A model generated the notes under the pieces. That model searched no databases, was not told where the DNA came from, and saw only the letters and a list, made by a program, of their open reading frames with translations. A stretch of 55,601 bases of DNA, taken from positions 1 to 55,601 of the IMG/VR virus record IMGVR_UViG_3300032291_000616; one strand, 5' to 3'. Source of the stretch: a virus (lineage: Duplodnaviria; Caudoviricetes). Positions 50,494 through 55,601 of this stretch are shown here, piece by piece; positions within the stretch are counted from its first letter, which is position 1, and each line of letters begins with the position of its first letter. The translations under genes and the position numbers were made by a program.

Positions 50494-53189
50494 TAGAAAG
50501 TTCCTCCAGCGATGCCGTTTGTGATTGTGCCAGTTGACGGGTTGACGGTCGGGCCATTACTCACGAGCAATCCGTAAGTGCCCGTCGACGAGCCAGTCGC
50601 AAGCGGTAGGTAATAGTCAGCGTTTGCGCTGGTGCCAGTCAAAGTCACGTTGGCCGCATTGGTGGCGTTCGTGGCGTTGGTTGCGCTACCCACTGACAGG
50701 GTTGATTGAGCGACGTACTCGGGAGCCGAAGCACCAGCAGTCAGCACATAAGTGCTTGTCCCAAGGGACAGGAATGTCGTTGCACCAGAGCCAGACTGGT
50801 AAGCAATTGCACCAGCCGAGCCACCCGCCAAGTTGGTGGCTGTGCCCACAGTGATGCCCGAGGGAGCCGACCATTGAGGCGCAGAGCCGCTCGAAGTCAA
50901 AATCTGGGTGCTGGTGCCAATACCCAGCGCGGAGAGCGTTGTGGCCCCGCTGGCGTACAGCAGGTCACCGATGGTGTACGAGCCGATGTTAGTGCCGCCA
51001 CGGGCCACTGCAAGCGTTCCAGCAGTCACCTGCGATGCGTTGATCGAGATCGATGTGTCGGTGACGCTGGTGATCTGGCCTTGCGCGTTGACGGCGAACA
51101 CAGGCACAGCCGAAGCCGCGCCGTAGGTGTTGGCAGTCACACCAGTGTTCGTGATGCTGAATTGCGTGCCGGAGAGGGTCAGGCCAGTGCCTGCGGAGTA
51201 CACCTGCGAGGCAGAGACCTGAGCGAACGTGATTGCAGTCGTGCCAAAGGTGATGACGCCTTGCGTGTTGCAGACGTAGGTCTCACCAGCGCCGGTATTG
51301 CCGCTCTGAATGAAGAATGCATCACCCTCGCCGAGGCTGTTCGGACTCTTGAGAGCGTAGGTGTCTGCGTCGCTGGCGCGGGTCAACACCCATGCAGTCG
51401 AGCCGTTACCGACCGTGGTCACAACATAGACGCCGTTCTCAAACTGGTTGGTCTGGTTGTAGATCAGAATGCGGTCGTTGACAGAGGCCACCACGCCGTC
51501 GGGCGTGAAGGCTCCCAGCGTGCCTGCATTGGTCAGGGTTGCGCCCACACCGGCTGTGCCGTTGTTGTAGGTCGCGTTTAGGTTGCCGGTGCTGTTGGGC
51601 ACCTCGTACTTGACCGGCGCGTGGTAGGTGATGCCAGAAGACACCAGCGTGTCCACATACTGCTTGGTTGCCAGTTGCAAGGCGCTCACAGGGTCTTGCG
51701 TGACCGCAATAGAGGTCAGGCCACCCAAGGTAAGCGAAGTGCCACCCAGCGCGATGTTGGTCGTGCCAATGGTCACCGACGAGTTGGTCAGCGCACTGTT
51801 GGGGATGTTCGTGAACGTGTTGGCAGAGCCGGACATCGACTTGTTGGTCAATGTGTCGGTCGTGGCGCGGCCTACCAGTGTGTCGGTGCTGGTTGGCAGA
51901 GTCAGGGTGCCGGTGTTGACGATCTGCGCGATGACAGGGGTCGTCAGCGTCTTGTTGGTCAGCGTCTGCGTGCCGTTGAGCGTGACAACGCTCGAGTCGA
52001 TGCTGATCGTCCGTGCAACAGAACCATTGAAGGTTGTGCCGGAATCGAGTTGCAGGCCAGTGCTGACAGTCAGCGCGGCGGTGGTCGTGGCTGTGATCGT
52101 GCCGGACGCACCCAATGCCACAGTGACGCCGTTGTAGGTCACAGACGAATTCACCAGCGACGAATTGCCGATGTTTGTCAGCGTGTTGTCAGGGCCGTTG
52201 ATCGTCTTGTTGGTCAGGGTCTCGGTGCCCGCCAAAGTCGCCAAAGTGCCCGTGGTGGGCAGGGTGACGTTGGTGATGCCGGTCTGGGTCAGCGTGAGGT
52301 TGAATGCACCAGACAGCACGAGGCTTCCGCCAAGCGTGATGGTCTTGCCGGTGTTGTCGACGCCTGTACCGCCGCTGGCACCGTTCAAGATGCCACCGAG
52401 GGTCACCGCGCCGGTCGTTGATGTGGCCGGTGTCAGTCCGGTTGCGCCCGCACTGAAAGATGTAACGCCACCGGTGAGCGAAAACTGCCTCCAAGAACCC
52501 GAGGCGTAGCCGTCAAAGGTCTGGGTGGTATTGTTGTAGCGAATCTGACCATCAGAACCGACCGGTTGCTGGGCCGAAGAGCCAATCGGCACCGTCATGG
52601 CCGCAGTTCCGGGCAGGATCACGTTGTCGACGATGGAGATGGTCGGGTTTCCGCCTTGTCCGTTGCCGTTTGCGACCGAAATCTGGTTTGCGGTGCCCGC
52701 GATCAGCACGCCACCGGCGGTTGTGCCGTTTTGGAAGGCCAAAAGGCCGGTTCCGCCGACTTGCGCGATGGCCGCGATCAACCCATCAAGGGCCAAAGTG
52801 GGGTTGCCGGACACACCGCTGGCGTTCGTGACGGCCAAACCGGTGCCAGAAACAGCGATCTGGCGGGGCGTAACGGCGTTTCCAGCCGTTTTTACGATGA
52901 TGCCGGTACCAGAGGACTCCAAAGAGCCAGAAGTGGCGTTTAGCGTGATCTGGAGGGTGCTTTGAGCGCCTCCGTCAACCAGACCAATGCCCGTGCCACC
53001 GGAAAGGCGGCGCGAGTTGGTCAGCGTCGGCTCTTGGTTGAGCGTCAAAAAGGTCTGTGTCTGGGTCGGCGAGGCCGCAAGAGCCTGCGCGGTGGTCTGA
53101 ACCGTGACCCCGTTTTGGACGACAGGAACGAGTTCAGACCCGGTGATCGGGCCTGCTTGAGGTAGTTGGGATATGGTTACGTTTGCCAT
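50493..53189 (-). CDS. Long tail fibre protein
   Basis: 898 aa Thr/Gly-rich; ISQLP, repeated TLTNKT, ATKQYVD, NG.YVVT...WVLTRA.D. Confidence 0.8.
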   Translation of the reverse strand: MANVTISQLPQAGPITGSELVPVVQNGVTVQTTAQALAASPTQTQTFLTLNQEPTLTNSRRLSGGTGIGLVDGGAQSTLQITLNATSGSLESSGTGIIVKTAGNAVTPRQIAVSGTGLAVTNASGVSGNPTLALDGLIAAIAQVGGTGLLAFQNGTTAGGVLIAGTANQISVANGNGQGGNPTISIVDNVILPGTAAMTVPIGSSAQQPVGSDGQIRYNNTTQTFDGYASGSWRQFSLTGGVTSFSAGATGLTPATSTTGAVTLGGILNGASGGTGVDNTGKTITLGGSLVLSGAFNLTLTQTGITNVTLPTTGTLATLAGTETLTNKTINGPDNTLTNIGNSSLVNSSVTYNGVTVALGASGTITATTTAALTVSTGLQLDSGTTFNGSVARTISIDSSVVTLNGTQTLTNKTLTTPVIAQIVNTGTLTLPTSTDTLVGRATTDTLTNKSMSGSANTFTNIPNSALTNSSVTIGTTNIALGGTSLTLGGLTSIAVTQDPVSALQLATKQYVDTLVSSGITYHAPVKYEVPNSTGNLNATYNNGTAGVGATLTNAGTLGAFTPDGVVASVNDRILIYNQTNQFENGVYVVTTVGNGSTAWVLTRASDADTYALKSPNSLGEGDAFFIQSGNTGAGETYVCNTQGVITFGTTAITFAQVSASQVYSAGTGLTLSGTQFSITNTGVTANTYGAASAVPVFAVNAQGQITSVTDTSISINASQVTAGTLAVARGGTNIGSYTIGDLLYASGATTLSALGIGTSTQILTSSGSAPQWSAPSGITVGTATNLAGGSAGAIAYQSGSGATTFLSLGTSTYVLTAGASAPEYVAQSTLSVGSATNATNATNAANVTLTGTSANADYYLPLATGSSTGTYGLLVSNGPTVNPSTGTITNGIAGGTF

Positions 53190-53533
53190 TAGGGACTCGG
53201 ACTCAGGTTATCCAGATTGCCGTTGTTCTCCGGCGTCTGGGTGTTTTGTTCAGGTGACAGCGTCCAGTCCTGATCGGGCGACGTGACAATCCCATCCGGG
53301 TCGACCGCAACGCTGACGTCGGGGCGTGGAAACCGAAGGTTAATCCTTTCGGTTTGTCGCGCAGGCAGGCGATAGGGGTCAAGTTGATCCTTGCACCCAC
53401 GATCCTCACACACGCGCAGACCCGGAAAGTTCGAGTCGGCCACGAGAGTGACGAACGGAACCTTCATCTTGCAACGATCGCATACCGCGATGGCTACAGA
53501 GGCAAGGCCGCGAGTGTCGAGGAAGGTTGGCAT
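53189..53533 (-). CDS. Conserved hypothetical protein with Cys cluster
   Basis: IAVCDRC...GLRVC...C.D..DP....RP. Confidence 0.75.
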   Translation of the reverse strand: MPTFLDTRGLASVAIAVCDRCKMKVPFVTLVADSNFPGLRVCEDRGCKDQLDPYRLPARQTERINLRFPRPDVSVAVDPDGIVTSPDQDWTLSPEQNTQTPENNGNLDNLSPSP

Positions 53534-53536
53534 CGC

Positions 53537-54610
53537 TTACCTCGTGTACACGCTGATGTTGGGAGCGAGGTAGATCGGCGACTTGTCGCGCTCTTCCTGC
53601 TCGGCTTCGAAAAGATATTTGTCAGCCATCTTCTCGAGGTAGGTGATGCGGTCTGCGGCGACCTGCGGCAACTCCATCGCCATGCGGTGAGACAGCATCA
53701 TCAAGACTGCCTCGTACCAGCGCTGTGGGATTTCCAACTCGCCAGAAAGCGCACCCACGTCCATGATCTGGCGTGAGTACCACACGGTCATTTGAATGAA
53801 CGGGTCACTGGGCGTAGGCCACAAGTACATCGTCGGCTGAGGGATGGTGCGATCAAACCAGAACTGGAACGGCTGGTTGGCTGTGAAGTTCTTGTTGGGC
53901 AGGTTGGTGTAGTCGTCGCGGTTGAGGCGAGACATCTGGATTTCGCGGCTGTTGTTGCCGACGTAAAACTCGCGCAGGCCCAACGTGGTGTTGTTGTAGG
54001 CGCGGATGCGGTAATACTGCACAGACTGACCCGGATCGATGTCAGTCCACACCCACTGGTTGTCGGTGACGATGATCTCGCCAAGGTTGTCCAGCGTCTG
54101 CCATGTGATGTTGTCCACGCTGTACTCGAGCGTGATCGACCATGTGGCCGAGCCGCCGCCAGAGATGTATGGCAAGAAACCAATCGAGCCAGCGTAGATT
54201 GGGTTACCAGTGCCGTAGTCGACCGAGATATTCCCGTTCGCGCTGGTCTGCTGGCACCATGTGTCAACATCGTTGTCGTAGGCCAAAGCGACAGTGCCAC
54301 CTGCGGAGGTGGCGTACTGGCCGGTTGGTCGGTTCATCGTGCGGTACAGCACGTTGAGAACGTCGATGGTGCCAAGTGGCATCGAGTAGATGTACTGGTC
54401 AGCCTTCAGGCCAAACACCTTCTTGTTGATGCACCAGTAATTGATGCCCTTGTTGCCAAGGTGCGAGAGCAGGAAAAACAACGACTGCTTTGCTGAAAGC
54501 AGTTGCTCCGAAGTCAACTCCTCGGCCAGTTTTCCGCAACGACGTGCGCCATGATCAATCAGTGTTTGCACACTGGTGACTGTCGCTCCAACGGTTCCCG
54601 AGTAAGCCAT
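53537..54610 (-). CDS. Head-tail connector-like protein with inserted discoidin-like domain
   Basis: A.RCG, N.GIN.W, R.DY.NLPNK, P.Q.WFDR, LWP.P, PQRW.EA. Confidence 0.65.
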   Translation of the reverse strand: MAYSGTVGATVTSVQTLIDHGARRCGKLAEELTSEQLLSAKQSLFFLLSHLGNKGINYWCINKKVFGLKADQYIYSMPLGTIDVLNVLYRTMNRPTGQYATSAGGTVALAYDNDVDTWCQQTSANGNISVDYGTGNPIYAGSIGFLPYISGGGSATWSITLEYSVDNITWQTLDNLGEIIVTDNQWVWTDIDPGQSVQYYRIRAYNNTTLGLREFYVGNNSREIQMSRLNRDDYTNLPNKNFTANQPFQFWFDRTIPQPTMYLWPTPSDPFIQMTVWYSRQIMDVGALSGELEIPQRWYEAVLMMLSHRMAMELPQVAADRITYLEKMADKYLFEAEQEERDKSPIYLAPNISVYTR

Positions 54611-54619
54611 TCCTGTCCC

Positions 54620-55141
54620 TTACCATCCGGGGCACTTCCAGCGCTTCAGCGATGCTTTGGCGCGTTCGGCGTCCCCTTTTGAGTTCTCAACAACCCCCGA
54701 CATCCGCGCACAGAAGGAGTCCTTGCGGGCACCACCTTGCGGTTGCGGGGCTTTCAAATTACTGCCTGTTTCACGGTTGTATTTTGCCCGACCCTTCTCG
54801 GTAAGGCCAGCACCTTGAGACACAGGCAACTTCTCCTTGCGGCCAACTGACAGCGACACGCCGCCCTTGGCCTTGGCCGTCTTGGCCGAATCCTTGAACG
54901 CTTGCGCGGTCGGAGCGCCCGGGGCACCGGGCTTTCGCATCTTCTCACCAGAGCCTTCAGCGATGCGCTCACGTTTGGCGTTGATGTTGGCATAGAGACC
55001 GCCACCAGCAAACTTCTTGCCCTCGTCGGCCTTGGCGAATTCCTTACCAACAGACTGAGGCACGCCCACCTTCTTTGCGAACTTAGGGTTGTGCGCGACA
55101 GCCTGCATGAGGCGATGTTGGGAGAGCGACTTGCTTGGCAT
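54620..55141 (-). CDS. Basic mosaic protein (MPSKS..QH.LM; GLYANI.AKR.RI; LKAPQP.GG.RK.SFCARM modules)
   Basis: 173 aa; three short basic modules joined by FAGGG/KAKGG linkers. Confidence 0.75.
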   Translation of the reverse strand: MPSKSLSQHRLMQAVAHNPKFAKKVGVPQSVGKEFAKADEGKKFAGGGLYANINAKRERIAEGSGEKMRKPGAPGAPTAQAFKDSAKTAKAKGGVSLSVGRKEKLPVSQGAGLTEKGRAKYNRETGSNLKAPQPQGGARKDSFCARMSGVVENSKGDAERAKASLKRWKCPGW

Positions 55142-55142
55142 A

Positions 55143-55601
55143 TCAAGGGCCTTCTTTGATGACGACCATTTGCAATTGGGCGCTCATGTTAGAAGAACCA
55201 AGAAAAGCAATGCCACGGAAATCAATGTCAGACTTTTCAGTGACTGGGAATGGGTAATCAGCCTCACAAGTAAAAGCGCCAATTGCTTGGATGCGAGTCA
55301 CTGTAGCCAACAAGAAAGCGCCGCCAAAAGGACGAACATAAATTTTTCCAGTGCTACCTGCATTGGCAGTGGCGTTATAGGACGACACCATGTAGCGTGT
55401 GATGTACGCTGTGTAACCAGCAGGCACTGTGTAGACGCACTGCTCTGCAACACCAGCAGTTGCGGCAATTGCGGCAAGAGTCGTTGGTGTGCTGTTTGCA
55501 ATTGTGATGGTTCCCTCATTGGCATTCGAGGAACCTGCTGTTGCAACATATGCTGTGTTCACGCGCAAGAATGACTGTGTAGTCGTCACTGCTGTAGTGC
55601 C
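55143..55601 (-). CDS. C-terminal part of conserved phage protein (5' end outside window)
   Basis: Frame open to 55601 (GTTAVTTTQSFLRVN...); YTVPAGYTAY, EKSDI. Confidence 0.75.
   Translation of the reverse strand, partial: GTTAVTTTQSFLRVNTAYVATAGSSNANEGTITIANSTPTTLAAIAATAGVAEQCVYTVPAGYTAYITRYMVSSYNATANAGSTGKIYVRPFGGAFLLATVTRIQAIGAFTCEADYPFPVTEKSDIDFRGIAFLGSSNMSAQLQMVVIKEGP

Overview
The window is an almost complete ~55.6 kb tailed dsDNA phage genome with podovirus-like architecture, probably from an aquatic proteobacterial host (inference). The two ends appear to lie inside one gene, so it looks circularly permuted. Minus strand 1-14.2 kb: head genes (capsid, scaffold, GroES-like protein, portal), a 1330-aa multidomain protein and the terminase. 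Minus strand 14.4-24.5 kb: small accessory genes, RusA, SF4 helicase, DUF1376 initiator and a Cro-like regulator. Plus strand 24.6-29.4 kb: early genes, including an SSB-like protein, DUF2303, two probable nucleotide-signal sponge (anti-defence) proteins and a PD-(D/E)XK nuclease. Minus strand 29.4-55.6 kb: internal virion/ejection proteins, tail, lysis and tail-fibre genes. I saw no integrase, CI repressor, DNA polymerase, methyltransferase, tRNA or CRISPR. The most striking feature is an acyl carrier protein plus a Cys-His-His beta-ketoacyl synthase inside the virion morphogenesis operon. They are translationally coupled to a small alpha/beta protein and an amphipathic ejection-type protein, which suggests a phage-encoded system for acylating virion proteins. 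Other notable signals: a recurring [FYMLK]-x-x-G-G peptide motif in probable capsid-internal proteins, a repeated promoter/operator cassette, candidate structured and antisense RNAs, and apparent avoidance of several restriction sites. Family assignments come from motif recognition only; no searches were run.
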